The notes under the pieces were generated by a model that saw only the letters and a program-made list of their open reading frames with translations, was not told where the DNA came from and did no database searches. Positions 24,101-37,329 of a DNA stretch of 64,000 bases are shown piece by piece. A program made the position numbers and the translations under genes. The stretch comes from Gnetum montanum (Eukaryota; Plantae; Gnetophyta), in contig MNCI01000808.1 in the NCBI GenBank assembly GCA_015680685.1, positions 204,288 through 268,287 on the forward strand, in the 5' to 3' direction. Positions within the stretch are counted from its first letter, which is position 1; each line of letters opens with the position of its first letter.

Positions 24101-24719
24101 TAGAAGAAGTTGAAACAGTGATGGATTTCTTCTTGAGTACTAAATCCTAATTTTGGGATCTTAAATAATAGATTAAAACACTAATTTTCTATAATCTGAA
24201 AGCTAAATATGATAGTTCCATTGAGTCTAGAAGGTTCAAATCTATTGGAATTTTTTTTTGGTTGAAAATGGACTTTGAATTCAAAAGTTATAGTCATTTT
24301 AAATTTACAAAAATTTGCACATTTTTTAAGACTTCCTGAGAGGTCAACCATCCTAATTCTAGTTCAGAATGAGTGCACTTAATGATAAAGTTTTAATGCC
24401 TATTGTTACCAAGGTGTCACTTTTGAATTTTTGAAAATATTTGTGTGTGTTCTTAATTTAAATTGACGATTGATGACAAAATGTTTTTTAAAAAATTATT
24501 TTGTTAGCTGACAGGCATTTTGAAATTCTCATGAATTGATGGAAATTGTGAATTTATCATAGGCTGATGGAGAATTTTCCCATTGCATGACAATAAGGAT
24601 GATGTCAAAAATAGCCGTGGTGATGTGCTTGCTACGAAGTTCAAGGAGGCTACTAGCAATGTTAGTGGAGTTTGAGGAGGGTGGGATTGGGAAATGGGAA
24701 TGAGAGGTTTGGTTTGTTT

Positions 24720-25420
24720 GTCCTCTTTAGTGCCTACATGGCCTATTTAAGGGTCCATGTTGCCCTCCTTTGGGCCTACATAGCCTGTCTCAGGGTCTAC
24801 ATAGCCCATTTCAGGGCCTATGTAGCCCCTTAACTAGGCCAGTGTAGCCCATCCCATGGCATACAAGGCTCTTTGATTGGGCCAGCATGGCCCTTTTTAG
24901 GGCCTACGTAGCCCCTTAACTGGGCTAGTGTAGCCCATCACTAGGCTCACATGGCCCACATAGGGCTTGCGCAGCTTCTTCACACAATCAAACAGGGTTA
25001 GCATGGTGCATCCGAAGGAGGCAATGATTGATGGCATTTGGAGAGGCAATGTTCGATAGTGCAAGAGGTAGTGTTCAACAATGTGAGAGGAGATATTTGG
25101 TAGCATGGGAGGTGGTGTTTGGTGACATGGGAAGTAGTGTTTGATGATGCAATAGGTGATGTTTAGTAGTATGGAAGGTAGTGTTTGGCGACGAGGGAGG
25201 TAGTGTTTGGCAACATGGAAGGCAGTATTTGGTGGCATGGAAAGTGGGTACGGTGGCATGGTAGTTAGTGTTCAATGATAAGGGAGGTAGTGTTCGATAG
25301 CATGGGAGGTGGTGTACAAAGGAATAGGAGGAGGTGTTCGATGGTATATGAGGCAGTGTTTAGAAGCTCTAAAGGTAATATTTGGTGGCTTTGAAGGTGG
25401 CCAAGGACACATGCATGCAG
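24720..25420. repeat. Two degenerate short tandem arrays (ggcctacatagcccc-like, then ~22-bp ggaggtagtgtttggcaacatg-like) upstream of gag
   Basis: Visible periodic units. They account for the low-complexity minus-strand ORFs at 24897-25702. Confidence 0.65.
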
Positions 25421-27435
25421 CTAAATGACGCAAAGAAATGGAAGTAGTAGAAAACATGGCACAATAATGGGTAGAAAGGAAGCAGACATGTGATGATGGC
25501 AATGATCATGTGATGGTGGGTCATAGACATGCAATAGTGGACGACATGATGATAGGTGTAAGTGTAGTGCAACAAAAATAGGCAACGCATGGTGGTGGAT
25601 GGCATGACAACAAAAAATAGGTGACTTGTAGTGTGTGTCTGCCCTTTGGTGGTGGCCCTTGAGGCTAGCCCCTTTGCGGCTGTTGGCCACTATTGGCAGC
25701 ATGATCAGTCACATCTAGTAAGAGGATTAGTCATGGCCTTGTTGAGGATTTGGATTTTCGATTTTTTTTATAATAGAAAATTTTAGAAAAATCGGGGCTT
25801 AGAATTGAATCTAAGACCTCCAACCCACCTCGTTTTTAATAAAAATAATTTAAAATTAAAAATAAAAAATATATTTTTTTTAAAAAGTAAATTTAAAAGA
25901 TTAAAAAATACTTTTTAAATTTTGAATTGCACATAACCCCAGAATCACCGTATCTTTCAAACCATAAGTCAGATTTTAATGGAATTGGTACCATTGGAAT
26001 TGTCTCAAAGAGCACTACATGTTAAGCTAGAGATAATGCCATTTTAGTGAACCTAGAAATCAAAGAATCAAAAAAGTAAATGTTAGCTTTATCAAATATT
26101 TAATTGACTTAAGTTAAAACTTCCTTTTACTTCTACTAAGATTCTTATGGTTGTATTATGAATGTGAGAACAAGAAAAACTATCCATTACAACTAAATAT
26201 TAGTAGAAGATTGAAGGATTCTATTAGAGGTGAAGTTTGAAGATTCTATCCCATCAAAGGATTCTAATAATCCTCATCATGACTCCCAAGCGTCAAGCTT
26301 CACCTTTACCTCAAGCTCCTTTAGGTAGCTCTCAATCAGCCACTATTATTTTGCATCAAAATAATGTTCTCTCTACTTCTGAATGTGTCCATAGCTTGCT
26401 TGAGAAGTAAGGGTTTCAATACCTTAACACTTCAAGGTTATCTAATTTACTTGTATTCCCTATTTTTAAACTCTCCCATTGTAAAGGAGTTCTCATGGAA
26501 TGGTGTGAATAGTATAATAGTAAAAAAGGTTCCACTTCCTAGTTAGTTTTTGGAGTAATAACAATACTTCCTTTTGATATTCAAACATCCTTGGATTTTT
26601 AGCAAGGATAGGATCCTTTAATTCCATCAATTTTCTCTCGAAAATTTAGATCATTTTACAAAAGGGAATTCTTTGATTATGTTATTTATTTTGCTCTTTG
26701 CAAAAGCCACTTTGTTTATGGAGATTTCATTAATGAGGTTTGCTTTAAATTATGTCTACTAACTTTTAGCAAGGTTTTGTGGTATAAACATCAATCTTAT
26801 GTTAATTCTTATTCTATTTTCATACTTCATGATGCCATAGCTAGTAGAGTTTATGACAGGTAATTGTCTTGTTTTTTTGCTTGGTATAATCCCATGATTG
26901 GAATTACTGCTGCCTAGAAAAATCCTATCAAATATTATACCCTATGTTATGTACCCTTGTTCATGTGTTTTATCCTAATTTATGATCATCGAAACAAATT
27001 TTTTAGTCATTACAATCCCTAATTATGCTTTGAATTTCTTGAAGATGAGAGCATTACACGTGGTAAGATTGTGGGTGCTAAGAAAGGTCAGTTAGCTTTA
27101 TAGCATGTTTAGAATTAGGAGGAAATCAATAACTTATTTTTATGTATTTATTATTTTCTTATTTTTAATTATGTATTTATTTTATGTATTTGATAGTATA
27201 ATTTGGGCTACAGAATGAACCAATTTGAATGCCTAGGTTAGAGCTACACAGGCTAAAGAAGTTTAAGGTACTTCAACCTTTAGTATGGTTCAACCACAAG
27301 AAAAAATTACACTTAATACTCCCAAGGTATATATATAATAACTTTCTAATAAATTTCTAATAAATAATATAACTAACATAATGTCTCTTTGCAGTAAATA
27401 ATATAATTATTATAATAAGACTTGAAAAGACATGT

Positions 27436-28332
27436 TGTAATATCAGACATGACTCTTGAGGTGACCGTTGGGAATTGACCTAAGATATTTATACCCAAGA
27501 ATTAGAAATTATGCTAGCATGGAGTTCTAGAATTAGTATAGGTGAGTAATGAGTGCTAGATGAAGTTAAATAGGAAGGTGACTGCCATTCATTCTGGTTG
27601 GATATAGGCCTAACCATGGTGGTAGTGCTAAATTGTCTCTAAGGGATAGATTGCAAAGGAAGATAAGCTAAGAAACCTTTAGAGCATAACCCAAATATAC
27701 TATTGTCATATTAATAAATATTTCCTTTCATTTATTCATATATTTTTTCTATTGCATTCTTTATTAATAATGTCAAATCTTATGCATATTTGATGGTTTC
27801 CATGACATCTAGTGTGACATCTCATTCTTGGATGTCGTAAAAACATGATCATTCATTGCTTAATTCATCGTATTCGTTGCATTCATAAGTAATTGATCAA
27901 AAATATCATAAAATACTTTGATAAATAAATGAATGAATGATAAATAAATGATAGAAATAGAAAAGAAAATAAAAATAATAAAAAGAATTTTATTAATAAG
28001 AGTCATTTATTATAATGCCGTCTAGTTATCTTCCCATACCACTTAGGGCTTAGAGGTATTCTGGCATTGCCGCCATGGTTAGGTTGTCCAGACAAAGGGG
28101 TGATTAGTCCCTTCTTGTCTAGCTTTACCTAGCTCCCATCACTTGCCATTCCAGGCTCCACAACTCCATGTTGGCATGACCTCTAAACTCAACCTTAAAT
28201 GACATAGGTTAAATACTTTCTCGAGTGATACATGAATAATTGTAACTCCTCATAATGAGGTACCCCTTTATCTAAAGGTTAATTACATTGTTACAAGTTA
28301 TTTTCACCCTTAAAAAGGGACATGATGTTACA
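27436..28332 (-). mobile_element. 3' LTR (897 bp) of the chromovirus at 28333-31500; internally an inverted repeat
   Basis: Termini TGTAATATCA...TGATGTTACA. PPT (cttaagaggggtagat on the minus strand) at 28333-28348. Arms at about 27510-27680 and 28020-28190 are reverse complements. Confidence 0.8.
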
Positions 28333-31300
28333 ATCTACCCCTCTTAAGCATCTAGCTCATCCTTGAGCACTTCATCTATGTCCAACAACATATCTGCTGT
28401 TTCATCGTTATGCTCCTCAACTTCAGCTTCTTTATTATCCTCATTGTTATCTATACAAACAAAATACTGGTAATTATAAAATATAATTTAGTACATTAAT
28501 AATAAATATGATATATCATTCAATATCATGATGATCAAAAATTTGGGGGTAAGTGTTAAGAATAAACTCATTGTTCTCCCAAGTTTGTTGATCATAATTT
28601 GACCATTGAACAAGAACTTTGCTGATAGTTTTATTTCATGGCTTCTTAGTTTAATGGTTCTTAATTGCAATGGGTTTAACTTCAAAGCTGACATTGGATG
28701 TCAATGGTAAAGTATTACAATCTAGCACAGATGGCACATCATTTGCATGCAATTTCTTTAATAAGCATACATGGAAAACTGGGTGAATTCTTAAAGTTGC
28801 TAGAAGATTTAACTGATATAACACTTTGCCAATTATTTTGGAAATTTTAAAGGGTCCGCAATATTTGGGTGCTAATTTCATATATCTTCCAAGTTTAAGA
28901 GAACTTTTGATGGGTTTTACTCTTAGTAATACTTGATCTCCCACTTGGAATTTTTTCTTAAGTCGATGTTGATTTGCATAACCCTTATGTTTATCTTGGG
29001 CAGTTTGTAAATTTTGTTTAACTCTTGTAATAATATTTTTCATTATCTTCATTTCTTCTTCCTTCTATTCTGCTCTTAAGGTTGGATCTGCCCAAGTTAG
29101 CAGTGTATGGTAGTTACATCCATATACTACTTCAAATGGTGTTCAATGTATGAAACCTTCATAATTGTTATTATAGGAAAATTCTTCCAAGTGCAAATAA
29201 TTCTCCCACATTTTTGATCTACTTCCAACATAGCTTTGTAGAATATCTTCTAATATTTTATTCACACATTTAGTTTTCCCATCGGTATTTGGGTGATAAG
29301 TTTTATTAAATTTTAATTGGGTTCTAAGTTCTTTAAAGAAATTTTACTAGAATTTAGATATGAACATGGGATCTTCATTTGAGTTGATAGATTTTGGACA
29401 TACATGTAACTGAAACACTTCTTGTACAAATTTTTAGGCCACTTCTTCAGTTGTGTTTGTAGATTTCAAAGCTAGAAAATGTGTCATCTTTAATAAATGA
29501 TCAACCACTATCAAGATTATGTCATCTCCGTTTTTGGTTGTTGGCAATCACACAATGAAATCCATGGTAACATCTTATCATTTCCAAGTTGGGACTTCTA
29601 AAGGTTGTAGTAATCCCCTAGGTTTCTTTTGTTTAGATTTTATTCTTTGGCATGTTAGAAAATTTTTAATGTACGAGGATACATCCTTCTTCATTCCAGG
29701 TCAGAAATAAGATTTTCGTATCATCATATAAGTCTTAATATAACTTGGGTGTCCTGCATATGGTACTTCATGTGCTTCATACAATAACCTTAATCTCCAA
29801 CTTCCTTCTGGTATGCATACTCTTTGTCCTTTCATCAACAAACCATTAGAGGAAAGTTGATATCAAGGCTCAAAGAAAATAAGGGGTTATTACCACACCT
29901 ATCATCAAGTTCCACATTCAACTAAGAGCATTAGCTACCACATTTTTCTTATTGAGGATATATTTTATTCAGCCAATAATTCTACCCATTACCTTTGACG
30001 AGTATTCAAAATAGGGTGTCTTTTCAAATATTCTAAACTTTTATGATATATTCTGAGTAAAAACCTTTTTCCACAAAGATAATGTCTCCAAACTTTCAAA
30101 GCATGGACAATTATTAGCAATTCTAAATCATGGGTTGAGTAATTTACCTTAGCTCCTCATAATTTACAAGATTCATAACATACCACTTTATCTTCTTGTG
30201 AAAGAACTACATCAATTCCTATTCCATAGGCATCCATGGATACTTCAAATGGTAATTCTTCATTCAAAATTCTTAGAATAGGTGCTGTTGTGAGAAGCAT
30301 CTTTAATGTAAGGAAAGATTCCTTGCATTTTTCATCAAACTTAAACACACATTTTTCTAGCAACAAGTCAGTCAGTGGGCCTACCAAGGTAGAATAATAT
30401 TTAATGAAACATCTATAAAAACTACGTAAACGTGAGAAACTATGAACCACTATAACATCCTTTAATTTAGGCCAGTCCCAGATTGCACTAAATTTTGCTG
30501 AATCTACTTGCAATCCTTTCTTAGAAACTATATGGCCCAAGTATGAAATTTCTTCCTTAAAGAGTTTACATTTACTCAATTTAGCTTTTAACTGATAATC
30601 TTTAAGAATTTCCATTGTAATTTTTGAATGTTTGACATGTTCTTCTCTTGACTTAGAATAAACAAGTATATCATCCATAAATACTATAACAAATTGATCA
30701 AGATATTCATGAAAAATATTATTCATTAACACCATAAATGTTGCAGGTGCATTAGTTAATCCAAATGTCCTCACAAAAAATTCATATAATCCATACTTGG
30801 TTTTAAAAGCAATTTTCTAAATATCTTTCTCCTTAATCCTTATTTAGTGATAACCTGATTTTAAATCAATCTTTAAAAAAGAATATGTGCTCGTAAGTTG
30901 ATGAAACAAATCATCGATCCTAGCCAAAGGATAAGTATTTTTAATCATAAATTTATTCAATGTCCTATAATTGATGCATAATCTTAACATACCATCTTTC
31001 TTTTTAACGAATAAGACTGGTGGACCCCAAGGTGATACGCTAGGTCAAATTTTCTCTTCTTCCAATAATTGATCTAATTGTACTTTCAGTTCTCTTAATT
31101 TAGAAGAGGAAAATCTATAAGGGTCTTTTGAAATATATTTTGTATTAGGAAAAATATCAATAGCATGCTCAAGAGTTCTTTTTGAAGGAAGTTCTCTAGT
31201 TTCACCAAATACAGAATCTTTATATTCCTCAAGTTCTTTTGGAATCTCAATACTTGAAGATCTCTAAGGTTGGGTTACTTTGATAACCAACATCATAGCA

Positions 31301-31500
31301 CCCTTTTTACTAACCTTTTGGCTTGCTTAATGATTTTTGTATGAATTTTCCTTACTGTTCCTACCCCCTTAGAATCCTAACTCCATTAATGGTTGGAACT
31401 TTTAAAATATGAGTTCCAAAGTGGATAGTAATATCAAATTTTTCTAGGAAAGACATTTCTAAAATTGCATCAACATCACCTAGTTTAAATTCAAAGAGGA
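28333..31500 (-). mobile_element. Chromovirus RT-RH-INT-chromodomain (pseudogenised, 5'-truncated just downstream of the protease active site); closely related to 20755-24100
   Basis: [22 protein letters not shown] (30157). INT C-terminus KLAPKYCGPFKI, RIHPVFHV (28651). Chromodomain-like EVKPIAI...FLVQW at about 28560-28680. RT DNA is nearly collinear with 21600-22600. Confidence 0.9.
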
Positions 31501-33283
31501 GTTTTTGGATGGTAGATAACAATATGATAAAATTTCTAAGTACCTCCCATGATCAAAGATCATGTGGTTCATTAATTAATAGTTAAAATCCAAGATTTGA
31601 AATATCATTTTTAGTTATTTGAACACATAATAGTTGTGCAAGCCAATGGAGTATTCTAATGGATCTTGATCCAATCATTTTTTTAGATATGAATTGGTTG
31701 CAATACATAAATTTTTGTTTTTTTATATGATTGGATCTATTGTTTGATATATTAATGTTAATATTACTTAGGGTTACTTCTAGACTATGCTTGTCAAATT
31801 TGGAATGTTGTTACCTAAACATATTCACAATTGGAAAATAATATTCAATATAAAAAACTATGAAAGAAATTTCATGAAATAAAATAAGGTAATAGGACTA
31901 TTACCCAATGTAAAATAGAATTCTTATTACCACATATTCATTTATATCCTCCTTTATCATTTTATAAAATCCCAAGTTTGATTGGTCCATAAAATTAAAG
32001 ACTATTTGAGAATTCATTTCAAGTATGATTGTGCAAATTGTGGCCTAAACATGGCCTGGTTTTAATCTCATGATAACCTCATAGTGAATTTTTGGNGCCT
32101 GGTTTTAATCTCATGATAACCTCATAGTGAATTTTTGGTTCTCTCTAAGCAAATTATGACTTATAATCTAGACCATGGCCCATGATTTTTCTAACTCAAT
32201 TCAAACTGTAACTCATAACTTTATTAGTGGGTATTTTTAGTTTTTTTTTTGGCTGAGACTATGACCTCACATTGATTACCACAACCTACACATGACTGGT
32301 GGTAACTATTGTGATTTACACATTGATTCATAGTGATGAGAACATCATCCTACCTTCTTCATGTTTTTATCATCCTCAATGTATCAACAAAGTCTTGAGA
32401 GTACGTACTCATGTTTGGGAGTTTTCTTGGAGTAATTTGCATTTTTCTTGACATAGGAAAGTAGGTACAAAAGGACTACAAGTCATAGTCAAGCATAGCT
32501 TGGAATTTTGAGCTACTACAAGTTGCAATTAACCACAATTAGTTGTGAATAAGAGTTCTTTATGTTTTTGAAGTTAGGTGATAAGTTGGAGGTTCCTATG
32601 AATCAAGAGAAGGTCACAAGAAGTTGTAGTCTAGAGAATGCAAGTTGTAGGAGGTTTCAATCAGTAGAGGAATAGAGGGAAAACACTCCAATCTTTAATA
32701 GTATCAACATGTTATAGGTTTTAAGGTAAGAAGTGTGAGGTGGGTATGGTTACAGCCACTCATGATTTGACAAAAAGTGATTTTTCAATAACATTGCACA
32801 TTTTAAATGGAAAACCAATGATCAGAGAAGACTAATGGTTACTCTAGTAATTATAAAAGAATATGTATGGAGAAGACAGGGTAATAGAGCCAAGTAATAG
32901 AACCTAAGGTAAGAAAGAGAGATGAGAAGAAAGAGTCAGAGCACATAAAAGAGGTTAAGAGTATCTATTATGTGTTATATTATCTTGATCTTTATGTTCC
33001 ATGTGAGTAATTGAGAGATTGAGAGAAGACATGTATAGATACCAAGATCTTTGGAAGGGTTTAAGTTAAGTTTGAATTCTAATTGATATTATACTTTCCA
33101 TTTTGAAAATAGAATAATAGAAGAAACCCCTCTTCATTTTCTTGTATTTTTATTTTTTAAGCTAAATTTCTTAAAAATGTTTATGGAATGAGTTCTTTTG
33201 AGGTTTTTTGAGGTAGATCTATATCATGCAATTACCTCATGATTAGTCAAAATTAGTGACTATGTTTAAGCAACACTTCAAAT

Positions 33284-36050
33284 TGATGAACAATAAATTT
33301 ACTATTTCAGAAAAAAATTGTCAACATATCTTAGTTGACATAGTTTAGTAGACCAAGCCTATTATGCAACATTAAAGATGCATAGTTGTAACTCTCATTT
33401 TGACCTATAAATATGCCCACCTATCATATTGAATACATCATTTGATCATTAGGTAGCTAGACCCTGTTAGTTAGTGAGTAATTGCAACATGGTTATGAGT
33501 CAACTGTACAAAGTCTGATTCATGAGGCCTTGTACCTAGATATAATCCATGACTAGAAATAACATCAAAATTGATTTCATTCCATTGCAGCAGTTTAACT
33601 TAGAATAGAATTTTCTTTGCTATGTCATTTAATTTCTAATGCACTATAGATTAATGTTTATATTTATATGTACATTAATGAGTTTCTGAAATGAGCACAA
33701 TCAATTTCAAACATAAAAAAAATATTTGCTTGGTAATCCTCATAGTGAATGCATGAGTTCATGATATGTACAAGTTAGAAATCAGAAACCTATCACCCTT
33801 AAACTAGTTTTGGATTTATTTTATTTTTAATTAGATTAATTGTTAATTTCTATATTTTTACTTAGTTTTATTAAATGTTGAATAACATTATGATCACACA
33901 CCTCACCTTGCAAAAAACCATATGTGATAGAGCCATTACTAGTCTAAGTGGGAAGAAAAGGGTCCATAATCTCATGTTTAATTATCTAGGTACCATGCTA
34001 GTACTATTCCAATACTATGACATGGTCTCTTGTGCTACTTGTAGATTATATGGTTAAGAATTGGAACTACTCTACTACTCATCATTGACGTCATTGCTTG
34101 AGACAGTGCTAGCAATCTAGATTACCTAAATCATAAATGATCTTTATAAAAAGCATTAACTATATTTTAAAGAAATTTAATATTTTAAGTCTCATACATA
34201 CATTATTAATTGAAACATTGTTTTTTCACATAGGACAAATAGGTCACCTCATGATGAGAATATCAATGGAAATGATGACAAGATTCGTGTTAAAGAGAAT
34301 TGGAATGAATCATTGCAAACAAGGGTCTCATGTGCTCATTTAAATCCTTGCTATCCTGATTTTACATTTATCTTCTACCAAGATGAATATTTTAGGTTAA
34401 GGAACTTGTAGGGTAATATTATGTTACCATCCAATCAATCAACTTTATCAATACTTCAAGCTATTCTCCTAAGGTCTAGTCTTATCCATAGCTATAGAGA
34501 TATCGTGTTACTAAAAACATGTCTAGAACATATGAATTGATGGAGACCTGAGCTAAGAAATAAGTCATTATGAATTCTAGGTATGAACATGAAAAGGACA
34601 AAGACACAATTCCCTTGATATCACAATCTTGAAGAAAGAACATAGAATACTAGTCTAGGAGATTCAATTATTACCAATCTATCTCTTATCTTCATATATT
34701 TCATATTAAAAATCCAATCAATTGAAGACTACATTTAACAATCGTAAACAATCCTAGAGGGGATGGAATGGATCCTAGAACACAAAGGGCCTCAAGGCCT
34801 AGGACTTCTAGTAGAACCAAAAATAATAAACTAAGGGATCATGGTAGAGACAAGAATGCCATGGAAGTTCTACTATTTCATCATCTTCATCATCTAGCTC
34901 TAACAAATGTGAACGTAAATTGGGAGACATGGTTCCATCAAGGAATCAAAGAAAACCTATTGATCATCAAAGAAGAAATGAAAATGATTATGGTAGAAGA
35001 AAACACAATAGACATCCAAGTAGGAATCAAGATGAAGATAAAAATAGATACCAAAGATAGGATATAAGGTACCCAAAAGAGTACAAATAAGACCATTATG
35101 ATTGAGTAGATGAAAAAAAAAAGTATAACTACAACATGTCTAATGATGAAAAATCCTTGTTAGCTACTAGAAGCATGATTCAGATTAGGGAGGCAATAAG
35201 CGTATGCCATAAGCATAAAAGGGAAACCCATATCAAATGACTTGATATGAATAATCTTTCTAAATTTCAGAAAGGTTATAATTTTAATCTACAACATCAT
35301 TTATGAGTCTTTCATGATGTTTGTGCCTTGTGAAAATTTGAAAGTAAGTGGAAAAAGCTTAAGTTCTTTCCCAAGATACTAATCAATGAATCCAAGAGTT
35401 AGTAAAATTTTTTGGAACCATATTCAATCCATTGATGGTTCATGATGCTCAAGCTCTTTAATGATAAGTATTAGACCTACTCTAAAGTTTCCAATCTAAG
35501 AAAAAAACTCAAGGATGAAACCAAGGGAATTATAAATCTTTTTATGTAACCTTGGGAAGATACTATTCTCTACTACACTAATTTCCAAGTCATGGATTTC
35601 TCAAAAAGAGTAGTTTTTTTATATTATAGATGGGTTTTTTTGGGATCTATACCTAAGGAAGACTATCAAAATTGAGAATCCATCATATGAAGGGTAATTA
35701 ACCAGGTGACAAAGGAAGAAGGAGAGCTTGCCTAAAAATGAGAGCATAGAGAACTATAACTAAGATCTAACCCTTTGTAAAAAAAAGATCCATACTTGTG
35801 ATTAAGAAGAAGAGGCACTGATTAATTAGATGATTTCATGCAAGACCTTGCTGATGCAAAAATTCATCATTGAAATAGTGGAAAAGATCAATAAGATGTG
35901 GGACTTTAAGAATGAATGGTTTGAATCAACATTGAAAATTATAGAGAAGAAATAGAGCAAGCAAAGGTCAAAGACCAAGAAAAGAAAGAGAAAAAGGAAA
36001 AAGGAAAAAGGAAAAAGGAAAAAGAACTAAACACTTATTGTCAAAAAGAA
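33284..36050 (+). mobile_element. Old Athila-type element: 5' LTR ~33284-34084, degenerate tRNA-Asp-type PBS, decayed gag
   Basis: TGATGAA...CTCATCA, with cctataaata at 33404. ttgacgtcattgcttgaga follows the LTR and resembles TGGCGCCGTTGCCGGGGA. 35250-35700 aligns by eye with the gag at 39950-40380. Confidence 0.55.
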
Positions 36051-37329
36051 AAAGTTAGAATAGTTAAAAATATTGCAAAATGAAATTCAAAAGAAGATAA
36101 TAGATCTGACACATGTTAATATGAACATTTGAAGGATTTGTGCATAGTTATGTTACATCTACAAGAGTTTGATGCTTATGATTTGAAAACAAAATTTGCA
36201 AAGAAGTAAATATGTATGAGATCGACTTATTCATATCACAATTACAAGTAGTCTTATAACAAATAGTACTATCCAAGTGGGACTTCTCTTCAACCTTAAG
36301 ACTATTATTAACAACAATGGGCAAACACATAGTTGTGAGAGATGCCATCATCAAGGCAACAGTACCCCTATTTCTAGTCAAACCCTTGTGGATACTACAT
36401 GTAACAACATGTTTCTTATTGTTACATTTTAGCAACAAATGAAGTAGCACTTCATTCTTGGGTTTTCGATGGTTTGTATTAGTTCAACATTTTCATGAAA
36501 GGGGACTTTGTATTTCAAAATGATTCAAGGCTTATGATTAGAGAAAAAGAAATATTAGGCCCTAATCATTATTTTGAGTTTTCATTTCAATGATTTAAGC
36601 TCAAATTTTTGGCAAATGGGGTTCTAGAATTTAAGATTGAATATAAAAGCTTATGGATTGAAAGACCTTGTGCAAGCATGTAAAAGATGTTCAAGTTCTT
36701 ATAATAGAGCTTATGGAATAGTAATGGAGCTTGAATTATTGGGTTTATTTATTTGCATGATTCCTATAACTTTTAGAAAATAACTACTCATGCAATGAGA
36801 TTGAAAAAATATTGTTGCACTACATTCATGTGGAAGAAAGTTCTAAGTAAAGAAAGAATCTAGGAAAAGTCCTAGCAGAGAAGTTATAAAGCTTAAATTA
36901 TTTGTGGTGAAGAGTTTTAAAAGATAAGTAAACAATCCCAAAATATCCTACTCTATTAAGATTATGAAGTTTCAGAGTTAGCATTTTGAATTAACTCTTA
37001 CATCAAACTAAGTAGCTATATTAGCTATCAAAGGTAGAGCTTAGATAGGTCCTAAGTAACTCAAGCATACACTCTTTCTACCTGCTAGTTAAGGTGAGAA
37101 CATTAGAGATGGAATTACAATGATTGAAGAATAGTTTCGATTTAATATGGGATCAACACTAGAAAAAGTAGTTGAGTGCTAAGAGAAACTCTCACTTGAA
37201 GAAAAAGAAAATCAATCTGAATCCAAGAAGGGTTGGTTAAAGTATATTAATAAATTAGCTCGTACATGAAAAATTTAGTTAAAGGAAGAGCTTGAAAAAT
37301 GGCCCTACTATTAGGAAATGAATTAAGTG

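Noticed and set aside
24897-25702. Overlapping His/Pro-rich minus-strand ORFs
   Set aside because: They arise from degenerate tandem repeats that are open in several frames.
26160-26620. Possible 5' LTR and PBS for the element at 20755-24100
   Set aside because: The PBS and termini are too degenerate, and there is no similarity to the LTR at 27436-28332. That LTR also has no PBS on its left side, so a shared-LTR tandem is not supported.
32056-32137. 41-bp direct duplication
   Set aside because: The copies are separated by an n, indicating a contig-overlap artefact.
36148-36450. 100-aa minus-strand ORF
   Set aside because: It has no recognisable motif and lies in heavily decayed repeat sequence.
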